From NCBI GenBank assembly GCA_034435455.1, contig DAOTXL010000128.1, positions 21,653-85,652 on the forward strand: a DNA stretch of 64,000 nucleotides, in the 5' to 3' direction. Below are positions 7,964 to 17,116 of the stretch, piece after piece. Every line of letters begins with the position of its first letter. Within the stretch, counting starts at the first letter, position 1. Both the position numbers and the translations under genes were made by a program. Below the pieces are notes generated by a model. It made no database searches, was not told the DNA's origin, and was given only the letters and a program-made list of their open reading frames with translations. The stretch comes from Anaerolineae bacterium. Lineage in GTDB: Bacteria > Chloroflexota > Anaerolineae > JAAYZQ01.

Positions 7964-8779
7964 TCAACCCCCCTTATCCGATCCCCTCTTGCCCCGATTC
8001 ATCTCCCAGATCAGCCGCAGCCCTTCCAGCGTCAGCCAGGGGTCTAGGGCATCCACCACCTCTGTTTCGGCAGCGATGAGGGGAGCCAGCCCGCCGGTGG
8101 CGATGACCTTGAGCGCCGGCCCCAACTCGGCCCGGTAGCGGGCCACCAGCCCTTCCACCAGGCCGACGTAGCCGAACAGCAGGCCCGACTGCATGGCCTG
8201 GACCGTGTTTTTGCCGATGGCCGAGGGGGGGCGGACCAGTTCGATGCGCGGTAGCCTGGCGGTGCGCTGAAACAGAGCTTCGGCAGCGATGCCGAGGCCC
8301 GGCGCGATGGCCCCCCCCAGATAGTCGCCTTCGGCGGAGATGAGGTCAAAGGTGGTTGCCGTGCCCAGGTCCACCACGCAGGCCGGCCCCCCGTAGCGAT
8401 GGTAGGCCGCCACGGCGTTCACCACCCGGTCGGCGCCGACCTCGGCCGGGTTGTCGAGGCAGATGCGCACGCCGGTGTGCACCTGGGCATCCACCACCAG
8501 CGCCTGCTGGCCAAAGTAGCGTTGGGCCAGCTTCTCAAAGGTGCCGGTCAGCGGCGGCACCACGCTGGCCATGATAATCCCCTCCACCGCCTGCGGCTCC
8601 TGGGCCGCGCGCTCGAACAGGTCCAGGAGAAGCATGGCATACTCATCGGCCATTTTCTGATGGTCGGTGGCGATGCGCCAATGGCTGATCAGTTCCTTGC
8701 CCTGGTACAGGCCCATCACTACATTGGTGTTGCCGATATCTATGCAAAACAGGGACACAGGCCCTCCTTTCGCTGTCAT
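7964..8779 (-). CDS. coaX: Type III pantothenate kinase.
   Basis: VSLFCIDIGNTNVVMGLY...DLGTATTFD motifs of CoaX. Internal ATG start at 8779. Confidence 0.85.
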   Translation of the reverse strand: MTAKGGPVSLFCIDIGNTNVVMGLYQGKELISHWRIATDHQKMADEYAMLLLDLFERAAQEPQAVEGIIMASVVPPLTGTFEKLAQRYFGQQALVVDAQVHTGVRICLDNPAEVGADRVVNAVAAYHRYGGPACVVDLGTATTFDLISAEGDYLGGAIAPGLGIAAEALFQRTARLPRIELVRPPSAIGKNTVQAMQSGLLFGYVGLVEGLVARYRAELGPALKVIATGGLAPLIAAETEVVDALDPWLTLEGLRLIWEMNRGKRGSDKGG

Positions 8780-9009
8780 CAAGGCACGGGGGTCGGAGCA
8801 ACCGAACCGCCCAAGAACAGGGGCAACAGCCAGGTGAGGAGGAGAAAGATCAGCAGCGCAATACCGACCAGGATCCACATCCGGCGCAGGGCTGCGTTCG
8901 GATCGGGGGGGCGCTTCCTGGGCTCTTGCGGCCTGGGCAGCTCCCGGTCGCAGCGCCAGCAGACCTGCCGGCCCTCCGGGTTATAGACACCACAGTGGGG
9001 ACAATCCAT
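8779..9009 (-). CDS. Small zinc-ribbon membrane protein (76 aa).
   Basis: MDCPHCGVYNPEGRQVCWRCD (CxxC...CxxC) followed by one TM helix. Start chosen at the internal ATG 9009. Confidence 0.45.
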   Translation of the reverse strand: MDCPHCGVYNPEGRQVCWRCDRELPRPQEPRKRPPDPNAALRRMWILVGIALLIFLLLTWLLPLFLGGSVAPTPVP

Positions 9010-9040
9010 TCTGCCTCTCCAATCAGGGGTCCGGCACCTG

Positions 9041-10564
9041 TCACTGCCCGGCCTGCCAGCGCAGGATCGGCTGGCGGGCAGCCCGGACCTCATCCAGGCG
9101 GCGGACCGGGGTGGTGTGCGGGGCCTGGTGGAGCAGATCGGGGTTGGTCAGCGCCTCTTCGCGGATGCGGTGCAGCGCCTCGGCAAAGGCATCCAGCACC
9201 TCTTTGCTTTCCGTCTCGGTCGGCTCGATCATCAGCGCCTCGGGCACGATGAGGGGAAAGTAGTAGGTCGGCGGGTGGAAGCCGTAATCAATCAGCCGCT
9301 TGGCGATGTCCAGGGCGTGGATGTCGGGCGCTTCGGGCAGGATACCTTTGGCCACGAACTCGTGCATATGAGTTCGCTCGTGAGAGATGGGAACGATCTC
9401 TTGGATCTGGCTCTTGAGATAGTTGGCGTTGAGTACCGCCATCTCGCTCACCTCCCGCAGCCCGGCCGCACCCAACATGCGGATGTAGGTGTAGGCCCGC
9501 ACCAGCACCGCAAACTGGCCGTAGAAGCTTTTTACCCGGCCGATGCTCTTTTCCGGCATGGTCAGGTGGAAACACACCGCTTCTTCGTCCAGCTCTTCGT
9601 CGCAGCCACAGCCACAACCGGCCTCCCGGCAGCGGCGCAGTTCGACGATGGGGCCTGGCAGGAAGGGGGCCAGCCTGGCGACGACGCCCACCGCGCCGGA
9701 CCCCGGCCCGCCGCCGCCGTGGGGCGTGGAGAAGGTTTTGTGCAGGTTCATGTGCATCACGTCAAAGCCCAGGTCGCCCGGCCGGGCGATGCCCAGCAGG
9801 GCGTTGAGGTTAGCCCCATCGCCATAGACCAGCCCGCCACAACCGTGGATCAGGGCCGTGACCTGGGTCAACTGCTCCTCGAACAGGCCCAGGGTGTTGG
9901 GGTTGGTCAGCATCAGCCCGCAGACCGTGTCGTCGCACAGGCGGCGCAGCGCCTCCAGGTCCACGTTGCCCCGTCGGTCCGACGGCACCTGGACCACTTC
10001 CAGGCCGGCCATGCTCGTCGTCGCCGGGTTGGTGCCGTGGGCGCTGTCGGGCACAAGGATGCGCCGGCGCTGCCCCTCCCCCCGGTCCAGGTGATAGGCG
10101 CGCATGATCAGCACCCCCGTCAGCTCGCCGTGGGCTCCCGCTGCCGGTTGCAGGCTTACCCCGGCAAACCCCCCGATCTCTTTCAGCATCTCCTGGAGCT
10201 CATACAGCAGCCGCAGGTTGCCCTGCACGGTATGGACCTCCTGGTAAGGATGGGTGTGGGCAAAGCCGGGCAGCCGGGCGGCGGCCTCGTTGACCTTGGG
10301 GTTGTACTTCATGGTGCATGAACCCAGCGGGTAAAAGCCGATGTCAATGGCCCAGTTGAGCTGGCTGAGGCGCACGTAATGGCGCACCAGGGTCAGTTCA
10401 TCTACTTCCGGCAGGTCCACCGTGTCGCGGAGCAGCGCCGCCGGCGGCAGCTCCGCCGCCGGCACGTCCAGCGCCGGCAGGGTGACCGCCATGCGGCCCG
10501 GTTTGCTCAGCTCATAGATCACCGGCTCTACGCCGGCGCAGGGTACCCCCGCATTCGCTTTCAT
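9041..10564 (-). CDS. gcvPB: Glycine dehydrogenase (decarboxylating) subunit 2 (P-protein C-terminal subunit).
   Basis: NLHKTFSTPHGGGGPGSGAVGV and SIGRVKSFYG motifs. AGGAGG RBS. Carries a Cys-rich insertion (see findings). Confidence 0.9.
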   Translation of the reverse strand: MKANAGVPCAGVEPVIYELSKPGRMAVTLPALDVPAAELPPAALLRDTVDLPEVDELTLVRHYVRLSQLNWAIDIGFYPLGSCTMKYNPKVNEAAARLPGFAHTHPYQEVHTVQGNLRLLYELQEMLKEIGGFAGVSLQPAAGAHGELTGVLIMRAYHLDRGEGQRRRILVPDSAHGTNPATTSMAGLEVVQVPSDRRGNVDLEALRRLCDDTVCGLMLTNPNTLGLFEEQLTQVTALIHGCGGLVYGDGANLNALLGIARPGDLGFDVMHMNLHKTFSTPHGGGGPGSGAVGVVARLAPFLPGPIVELRRCREAGCGCGCDEELDEEAVCFHLTMPEKSIGRVKSFYGQFAVLVRAYTYIRMLGAAGLREVSEMAVLNANYLKSQIQEIVPISHERTHMHEFVAKGILPEAPDIHALDIAKRLIDYGFHPPTYYFPLIVPEALMIEPTETESKEVLDAFAEALHRIREEALTNPDLLHQAPHTTPVRRLDEVRAARQPILRWQAGQ

Positions 10565-11916
10565 GCGACCACCTCCTTTTGCGCTTCGGCCAGCGCCTCG
10601 ACCAGGGCTTCGATCTCTTCCCGGCGGATGACTTCGGTCACGCACAGCAACATGTGGTTGGCCAGGTGGGGATAGTCGCGTGCCAGGTCATAGCCGCCGA
10701 TGAGGCCCCACTCCTCCAGCAGGTAGCGGTTGATGGCCGCCACCGGGGCCGGACAGCGGACGACGAACTCGTGGAAGAAGGGCCGGTCGTCCCACACCTG
10801 GTAGCCTTCCAGGGCGGCGATGCGGCCGGCCGCATAGTGGGCCTTGTGGTAGCACAGTGCGGCCAGGGTGCGCAATCCCGTCTTGCCCAGCGCCGCCAGG
10901 TGGATGGCTGCGGCCAGGGCGCACAGCGCCTCGTTGCTGCAGATGTTGGACGTGGCCTTTTCGCGGCGGATGTGCTGTTCGCGGGCGGTCAGGGTGAGCA
11001 CAAAGCCGCGCCGGCCCTCGATGTCCACCGTCTGGCCCACCAGCCGGCCGGCCATCTTGCGCACATCCCTTTCCCGGCAGGCAAAGAAGCCCAGATACGG
11101 CCCGCCAAAGTTCAGGCCGTTGCCCAGCGGCTGCCCCTCGCCCACCACAATATCGGCCCCATAGTCGCCCGGCGGCTTGAGAAGCCCCAGGCTGATCGGG
11201 TTGGTCACGACGATCAGCAGCGCCCCGACGGCGTGCACCTGGTCGGCCAGCCCGGTCAGGTCTTCGATCTGGCCGAAAAAGTTGGGGGTCTGGACGACCA
11301 GGCAGGCGGTGTTGGAGTCCAGCAGGGGCACCAGGTCGGCGATCCGGGGCGTGGCCCCCTCCTCGCCGACGATCTCCAGCCCCATGCCCCGGGTGTAGGT
11401 ATGCACCACGGCCCGGTATTCGGGGTGGACCGCCGGGGAGAGGATCACCCGCGTGCGTCTGCCGCGGGCCACGTTGAGGGCCATGATCACCGCCTCGGCG
11501 GTCGAGGTCGCCCCGTCGTAGTGGGAGGCGTTGGCCACCTCCATGCCGGTCAGGGCGCAGATCATGGACTGGTACTCAAAGATGCTCTGCAACGTGCCCT
11601 GGCTGATCTCCGGCTGGTAGGGGGTGTAGGCGGTGTAGAATTCGGAGCGGCCGATCAGGTGGTCCACCACCCGGGGCACGTAGTGGTGGTAGGCCCCGGC
11701 CCCCAGAAAGCAGGGGTAGTGGCCTGCATCCAGGTTTTCTTCACTCATGGCCTGGAGTTCGGCCATGATCTCCATCTCTGACAGGGGTTGCGGCAGGTTC
11801 AGCGTCGGGAAACGGCAGGCCTCCGGCACGTCGTGGAACAGGTCCTCCACCCGCTCCACGCCGACCGCTGCCAGCATCGCAGCCCGGTCTGCCTCGGTAT
11901 GCGGAACATAGCTCAT
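10561..11916 (-). CDS. gcvPA: Glycine dehydrogenase (decarboxylating) subunit 1.
   Basis: 451 aa, MSYVPHTEADRAAMLAAVGV...YTPYQPEISQGTLQ. Confidence 0.9.
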   Translation of the reverse strand: MSYVPHTEADRAAMLAAVGVERVEDLFHDVPEACRFPTLNLPQPLSEMEIMAELQAMSEENLDAGHYPCFLGAGAYHHYVPRVVDHLIGRSEFYTAYTPYQPEISQGTLQSIFEYQSMICALTGMEVANASHYDGATSTAEAVIMALNVARGRRTRVILSPAVHPEYRAVVHTYTRGMGLEIVGEEGATPRIADLVPLLDSNTACLVVQTPNFFGQIEDLTGLADQVHAVGALLIVVTNPISLGLLKPPGDYGADIVVGEGQPLGNGLNFGGPYLGFFACRERDVRKMAGRLVGQTVDIEGRRGFVLTLTAREQHIRREKATSNICSNEALCALAAAIHLAALGKTGLRTLAALCYHKAHYAAGRIAALEGYQVWDDRPFFHEFVVRCPAPVAAINRYLLEEWGLIGGYDLARDYPHLANHMLLCVTEVIRREEIEALVEALAEAQKEVVA

Positions 11917-12491
11917 CTTTGGCTTGCCTCCTCTTTTCCAAATTTGAAATTGTTATCGGCCTCTCTGAGGCAGGGGAGACGGGCATCCTTGGGTGACAAG
12001 ATCGGCCTGGCGATGGGCCACTCGATGCCGATCTCCGGGTCGTTCCAGAGGATCCCTCGGTCCAGGTCATGGGCAAATTCGTCGGTGGTCAGGTACACGA
12101 CATCGGCCTCCTCGCTAAGCACGCAGAAGCCGTGGGCAAACCCCACCGGCACGTAGAGCATCCGGCCGTTGTCGGCCGACAGTTCTCTGCCTACCCACCG
12201 CCCGTAGGTGGGCGAGCCAGGGCGGATGTCCACCGCCACATCAAAGATGCAACCGTGGATGGCCATCACCAGCTTGCCCTGGGCGCGGGGATGTTTCTGG
12301 TAGTGCAGCCCGCGCAGCACGCCCCGCACCGAATGGGAGAGGTTGGCCTGGACAAAGGGTCCTGGAATGCCGTGGGCGGCAAAGGCGGACTGTTTGTAGG
12401 TTTCCATGAAAAAGCCCCGCTCGTCTTGAAAGGAGTGGGCCTGGATGAGGATGACCTCGGGGATCTCCAGGGGGTGGAAGTCAAAGGGCAT
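11913..12491 (-). CDS. rfbC: dTDP-4-dehydrorhamnose 3,5-epimerase.
   Basis: 192 aa cupin, RGLHYQ...GKLVMAIHGCIFDVAVDIR. Confidence 0.9.
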   Translation of the reverse strand: MPFDFHPLEIPEVILIQAHSFQDERGFFMETYKQSAFAAHGIPGPFVQANLSHSVRGVLRGLHYQKHPRAQGKLVMAIHGCIFDVAVDIRPGSPTYGRWVGRELSADNGRMLYVPVGFAHGFCVLSEEADVVYLTTDEFAHDLDRGILWNDPEIGIEWPIARPILSPKDARLPCLREADNNFKFGKEEASQR

Positions 12492-12507
12492 GGTTTCCTC
12501 TCTTTTT

Positions 12508-13890
12508 CTACAGCCGGCGCAGGATTTCGCGGGCGACGATCAGGCCCGACGCGGAAGCCTGCACCAGCCCTCGCGTCACGCCCGCGCCGTCGCCGGCCGC
12601 AAAGAGGTTGCGCACCTCGGTCTCCAGGTCGCGGGACAGCTTCAGACGGGAGGAGTAGAACTTGGCCTCCACGCCGTAGAGCAGGGTGTGCCGCGAGGCC
12701 ACGCCCGGCGCCACCTGGTCCAGGGCGTCCAGCATCTCCAGGATGTTGACCACGTAGCGATAGGGCAGCACCAGGTTCAGGTCGCCGGGGGTGGCCTCTT
12801 TGAGTGTGGGCCGGGTGATACACCGTTCCAACCGCTGGTCGGTGGTCCGTCGTCCGGCCCGCAGGTCCCCCAGGCGCTGGACGATGATCCCTCCCGACAG
12901 GAGGTTGGCCAGCCGGGCGACATACTTGCCGTAGGCGATCGGCTCTTTGAACGGTTCGGTAAAGTTTTTGCTGACCAGCACGGCAAAGTTGGTGTTCTCG
13001 GTCTTGAGGTGGGCGTAGGAGTGGCCGTTGACCGTCAGCACGTCGCCGGCCCACTCGGTCACCACTTCGCCATAGGGGCATACGCAAAAGGTGCGCACCT
13101 TGTCGTCAAAGGCCCGCGAAAAGTAGAGGAACTTGGGCTCGTAGAGCAGGTCGGTCAGGGGGGCCAGGACCTGGGCCGGCATCTCTACCCGCACGCCAAT
13201 GTCCACCGGGTTGATGCTCAGGCTGAGCTTGAGCTCGCGGGCCAGTTGGGTCAACCAGGCGGCTCCCTCACGGCCAGGGGCGACGATGACATGAGGGGCG
13301 GACAACACCTCGCCCTGGGCCGTCTCCACCCCGGTGACGAGGCCATCCTGGGTCAGGACCCGGGTCACCTCGGTGCGGGTGCGGACCTCCACGCCCCGGT
13401 TGACCAGCTCCAGGTGCATGGCCCCCAGGATGTCGCCGCTGCGCTCGGTGCCCAGGTGGCGGATGGGGTAGTGTTGCAGCCGCAGCCCGGCCAGGGCCGC
13501 TTTGCGGTGGATCTCTTCGATCTGATCTCCGTCGCCGTGATACGGTTCGCCATCGGCTCCAAAACGGACCCACAGGCTGTCCACTTCCTGCACCAGCCGT
13601 TCTGCCTCCTCTTCGCCCCGGATCTCGGCCAGCAGCCCCCCGACCTGGGTGGTGAGGGTCAGCTTGCCGTCGCTGAAAGCGCCGCTCCCGCCCCATCCGG
13701 TCATCAAGGCGCAGGTGGCGCATTTCATACAGCGGCCCGTTTCGCGGGAAGGGCAGTGGCGTTTTTCCAGGTCCGGCCCTTTGTCCAGCATCAATACCCG
13801 TGGGGTGCCGGACCGGGTCAACTCCAGGGCGGCAAAGATGCCGGCCGGCCCTGCCCCGACAATGATCACATCATAGTCTGTGCGGGTCAT
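12508..13890 (-). CDS. FAD-dependent protein (COG2509-type uncharacterized FAD-dependent dehydrogenase).
   Basis: DVIIVGAGPAGIFAA dinucleotide fold plus a C-terminal FAD-dependent domain. GGGAGGGA RBS. Confidence 0.7.
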   Translation of the reverse strand: MTRTDYDVIIVGAGPAGIFAALELTRSGTPRVLMLDKGPDLEKRHCPSRETGRCMKCATCALMTGWGGSGAFSDGKLTLTTQVGGLLAEIRGEEEAERLVQEVDSLWVRFGADGEPYHGDGDQIEEIHRKAALAGLRLQHYPIRHLGTERSGDILGAMHLELVNRGVEVRTRTEVTRVLTQDGLVTGVETAQGEVLSAPHVIVAPGREGAAWLTQLARELKLSLSINPVDIGVRVEMPAQVLAPLTDLLYEPKFLYFSRAFDDKVRTFCVCPYGEVVTEWAGDVLTVNGHSYAHLKTENTNFAVLVSKNFTEPFKEPIAYGKYVARLANLLSGGIIVQRLGDLRAGRRTTDQRLERCITRPTLKEATPGDLNLVLPYRYVVNILEMLDALDQVAPGVASRHTLLYGVEAKFYSSRLKLSRDLETEVRNLFAAGDGAGVTRGLVQASASGLIVAREILRRL

Positions 13891-14818
13891 TCCCTCCCTC
13901 TTTTCGTCGTTGAAAGTGCTGCCAGGTGCGGGTCAACCCCTCGTGCAGGCTCACCCTGGCCTGCCAGCCCAACTCCCGCTCGATCTTGCGACAATCCAGG
14001 CAGCAGTGGCGGACGTCGCCGGGACGGCGGGGGCCGCGTCGGGGGGGCACCTCCTGGCCGACCACCTCCAGCAGCGTGCGAAAGAGCCGGTTAATGCTGG
14101 TGCCCACCCCCGTGCCGACGTTGTAGGCCTGTCCATCGCCCCCTTCCAGGGCCAGCAGGTTGGCACGGGCGCAATCGCCCACATAGACGAAATCGCGGCT
14201 CTGCTCGCCATCCCAATGGATTTCAGGGGCCTCGCCCTCCAGCAGGTTCTGACAAAAGATGGCGATGACCCCTGCCTCGCCCAACGGGTCCTGGCGGGGG
14301 CCGTAGACATTGGCATAGCGCAGGCTGGTCCAGCGCAGGCCATACTGCTCGCCGTAGAGGCGTGTGTAGCGCTCGCCGGTGTGTTTGCTCAGCGCATAGG
14401 GCGAGACCGGGTGCGCCGGGTGCTCTTCGTCCACCGGCAGGTAGGCCGGGTTGCCGTACATCGCCCCGCCGGAAGAGATATAGATGACCTTGCCCACCCC
14501 GGCCCGGCGGGCAGCTTCCAGCACGCGCAGGGTGCCCAGGATGTTTTGGGTGGCGTCGAACAGCGGCCGGTGGACCGACAGGGAGACGCTGGGGTTGGCG
14601 GCGTGGTGGTTGACCACCTGCGGCTGCTCGGCCTGAAACAGGTCCACCAGGGCCGGATCGTTCACATCCATTTCCACCAGCGTTGCGGCCGGATGGACGT
14701 TCTCACGCCGGCCGGTGCTCAGATTGTCCACGACGATCACCTGGTGACCGGCGGCTATATAAGTATCCACCACGTGGGAGCCGATAAAGCCGGCCCCACC
14801 GGTGACCAGGATTTTCAT
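13871..14818 (-). CDS. NAD-dependent epimerase/dehydratase (UDP-glucose 4-epimerase-like).
   Basis: MKILVTGGAGFIGSHVV...YALSKHTGE (YxxxK) motifs. Start at the internal ATG 14818. Confidence 0.8.
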   Translation of the reverse strand: MKILVTGGAGFIGSHVVDTYIAAGHQVIVVDNLSTGRRENVHPAATLVEMDVNDPALVDLFQAEQPQVVNHHAANPSVSLSVHRPLFDATQNILGTLRVLEAARRAGVGKVIYISSGGAMYGNPAYLPVDEEHPAHPVSPYALSKHTGERYTRLYGEQYGLRWTSLRYANVYGPRQDPLGEAGVIAIFCQNLLEGEAPEIHWDGEQSRDFVYVGDCARANLLALEGGDGQAYNVGTGVGTSINRLFRTLLEVVGQEVPPRRGPRRPGDVRHCCLDCRKIERELGWQARVSLHEGLTRTWQHFQRRKEGGNDPHRL

Positions 14819-14879
14819 TCTATCAACTCCTGCAACGGCCTGTTTGCCAGTTCGCCCTGGGTCGGGTATAATAGGCTGG

Positions 14880-15230
14880 CTATTGGATGCGGACGACCAG
14901 GCGCGCCTGCTTCCACAGTTCTTCCAGGTTGTAGTAGGCGCGGAGTTTGGGGTCAAAGATGTGGACGACGACCGACCCGTAGTCGAGCACGACCCAGCCC
15001 GATTCGGGCTCGCCTTCGACGTGCAGGTAGCGGGTGTTGGCTGTCCCGACCTGTTTCTGGATCTCGTCGAGGATCGCCTTGAATTGGGGCACGCTTTCGG
15101 CGTTGCACAGGATAAAATAATCGGCCAGCAGCGAGACGCCCTGCATGTCCAACAGGACGATGTTGGACCCCAGGCGGTCGCTGATGGCGTTTACAATGGT
15201 ATGAGCGAGTTCGATCGTTTCCAGATTCAC
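14880..15230 (-). CDS. rsfS: Ribosome silencing factor RsfS (Iojap-like).
   Basis: LETIELAHTIVNAISDRLGSNIVLLDM...WVVLDYGSVVVHIF. Likely GTG/TTG start, so the start coordinate is approximate. Confidence 0.7.
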   Translation of the reverse strand: MNLETIELAHTIVNAISDRLGSNIVLLDMQGVSLLADYFILCNAESVPQFKAILDEIQKQVGTANTRYLHVEGEPESGWVVLDYGSVVVHIFDPKLRAYYNLEELWKQARLVVRIQ

Positions 15231-15237
15231 CTCCGTT

Positions 15238-15714
15238 TTAGACAAGTTGGTCCAGGAACCGGTCCATCTGCTGCCGGTGGCTGCCACGCCAGTAGACCCG
15301 CCCGCAGCCGGGGCAGAAGCGGAACTCGTTCTGAGTGTGGGCCACATAGGCCGGCACCCGTGCTGCCGCTTCCTGGCGATCCATCGCCGCCAACGGTGTG
15401 TTACACACCGGGCAGCGGGAGGGGCCTTCTGCCCCCGGCCGGCCGGGCGTCAGGTTCAGGTCGGTCAGCACCTGGCGGATCTGTTCATCCAGGCGCTCTC
15501 CGGCCACGAGCAGGGTGCGTACTCCGCGCCGCCGGGCCAGCTCCCGGTCGCGGGTGAGGAGCACCCGGTTTTCGGCACGGGCCAGGCGCACCAGTTGGTG
15601 GTCATCCAGGCCGGGATCAAAGAGGGTATCGTAGCCCAGGATGCGCAGCCATTTGGCCAGGGTGCCGAGCATACCGTCCACCACAAATGACAATTGGCCA
15701 TTCACGATAAACAA
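15238..15714 (-). CDS. Mut7-C RNase domain protein (DUF82/Mut7-C, PIN-like).
   Basis: FVVDGMLGTLAKWLRILGYDT plus a C-terminal zinc-ribbon (CPVCN...CPGCG). The true start may be the TTG at 15693. Confidence 0.65.
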   Translation of the reverse strand: MFIVNGQLSFVVDGMLGTLAKWLRILGYDTLFDPGLDDHQLVRLARAENRVLLTRDRELARRRGVRTLLVAGERLDEQIRQVLTDLNLTPGRPGAEGPSRCPVCNTPLAAMDRQEAAARVPAYVAHTQNEFRFCPGCGRVYWRGSHRQQMDRFLDQLV

Positions 15715-15740
15715 TCACTCTCCATGTCAATGAGCGGACT

Positions 15741-17054
15741 ATGATCCACGTGCAATTTTCGCTTTTGGCCCTTCTGTTCCCCCTTGGGTTGATCCTCGTC
15801 GCCGGCGGTGGGCTGGCGGGCCGTCGTCCGGTCCGATCGGCGGTGGCGGGTTTGGGCGCGCTGGCCCTGGCGGCCCTCAGCTTCTGGGCCTGTGGCTTTG
15901 CCTTTCACCTGGGCGGCGTCGGCCTGGTGAGCGATCTGCCCGGCCTGGAGGGGCTGGTCTGGGAGTGGGCCTCGCCCCTGAACCTGGACTGGGGCGTCAT
16001 GGGCCTGCGCGGCTTTCTCCTGCTGGAGGAGGCCGCCACGCCGATGGCGCTGTCGCTGTACCTGGCCTGGTTGTCGGTGTTGGCGGTGGCCGTGCTCCTG
16101 CCCTTTCTCTCGCTCCGCGAACGGATGCCCGGCTGGATGGCAGCGTTGGGCGGCCTGCTGATGGCGGCGCTGGTCTATCCCGTGGCCGGCAACTGGTTCT
16201 CCGGCGGTGGCTGGCTGATGCATATCGGCAGCACGCTGGGCCTGGCCCACGGTTACGTGGACCCCACCGGCCTGAGTTCGGCGGCCGTTGTCGGTGGGCT
16301 GGCGGCCTTGTTGGGCATCCTCTTTTTTGGCCGCCGCCTGCCCCCCCTGGCCGAGGGGGAGTTGCCCACCCTGCCGCCCGTCCACCTGGACGTGCTGGCC
16401 GTGGTGGGGGCCCTCCTGACCGTCGTGGGCGGAGGGGCGCTGACCGGGGCCAATCCCATCCTGGTGGAGGCGGGCCTGGCCACACCGCGCGCTGCGGTGA
16501 ACCTGGTTCTGGCTGCTGCCGGTGGTGCGTTCCTGCCCTGCCTCTATACCTGGTTCACCACCGGGGCCGCCGATTCGCTCATGGCCGCCCGGGGCGCCGT
16601 CGCCGCCATGCTGAGTGGGGCTGCTGGCGCGGCCTTGATCCCGCCCTGGGCCGCCCTGACCCTCGGCGTGGTGGCCGGGCTGCTGGTGCCGCTCCTCACC
16701 TTTGTCGTGCGCTATGGATTGCGCGTGGAGGACCCCACCGGTGCCATCCCTGTGGGCCTGCCGGGTGGCGTGTTGGGCGTGCTGGCCGTCGGCCTGTTCA
16801 GCGATGGCCTGGCCGGGCAGGGCTGGAACGGCATCGGCGCCGAATCTTACCTGGGTGTGGTCGGACAGGGGGTGACCGGCTTTTTCCCTGCGCCCGGGCT
16901 GGCCCCCGACTGGCCGGGGCAGATCAACGCCCAGCTTGTGGGGCTGGCAGCCCTCGCCGGGCTGACCGTGGCCCTGATGGGCGCTCTATTTCTGATTTTG
17001 AAGGTGCTCCTGGTGTTGTGGCGTGCCGTCCCCGCGCCGGACGGAGAAGAGTGA
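15741..17054 (+). CDS. Polytopic membrane protein, probably a divergent ammonium transporter (Amt/MEP/Rh family).
   Basis: About 11 predicted TM helices. GGWLMHIGSTLGLA and GVLGVLAVGLFSD resemble the Amt signature regions. The match is weak. Confidence 0.45.
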   Translation: MIHVQFSLLALLFPLGLILVAGGGLAGRRPVRSAVAGLGALALAALSFWACGFAFHLGGVGLVSDLPGLEGLVWEWASPLNLDWGVMGLRGFLLLEEAATPMALSLYLAWLSVLAVAVLLPFLSLRERMPGWMAALGGLLMAALVYPVAGNWFSGGGWLMHIGSTLGLAHGYVDPTGLSSAAVVGGLAALLGILFFGRRLPPLAEGELPTLPPVHLDVLAVVGALLTVVGGGALTGANPILVEAGLATPRAAVNLVLAAAGGAFLPCLYTWFTTGAADSLMAARGAVAAMLSGAAGAALIPPWAALTLGVVAGLLVPLLTFVVRYGLRVEDPTGAIPVGLPGGVLGVLAVGLFSDGLAGQGWNGIGAESYLGVVGQGVTGFFPAPGLAPDWPGQINAQLVGLAALAGLTVALMGALFLILKVLLVLWRAVPAPDGEE

Positions 17055-17059
17055 CCGGT

Positions 17060-17101
17060 CTTTACCACGAAGGACATCCAGGTTTTCTCTTTGTGGTGAA
17101 C
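17060..17101. repeat. Short palindromic repeat (ctttaccacgaaggacatccaggttttctctttgtggtgaa) between convergent amt-like and prs genes. May double as a terminator.
   Basis: About 85% identical to 57228-57270. Internal inverted repeat. Confidence 0.45.
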
Positions 17102-17116
17102 AAGTGAGTGGTGACT

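Noticed and set aside
12445-14094. 549-aa plus-strand ORF, plus many other long ORFs opposite real genes (for example 5762-6994, 22498-23862, 25792-28107).
   Set aside because: These are GC-rich antisense frames with low-complexity translations. The homologous genes are on the other strand.
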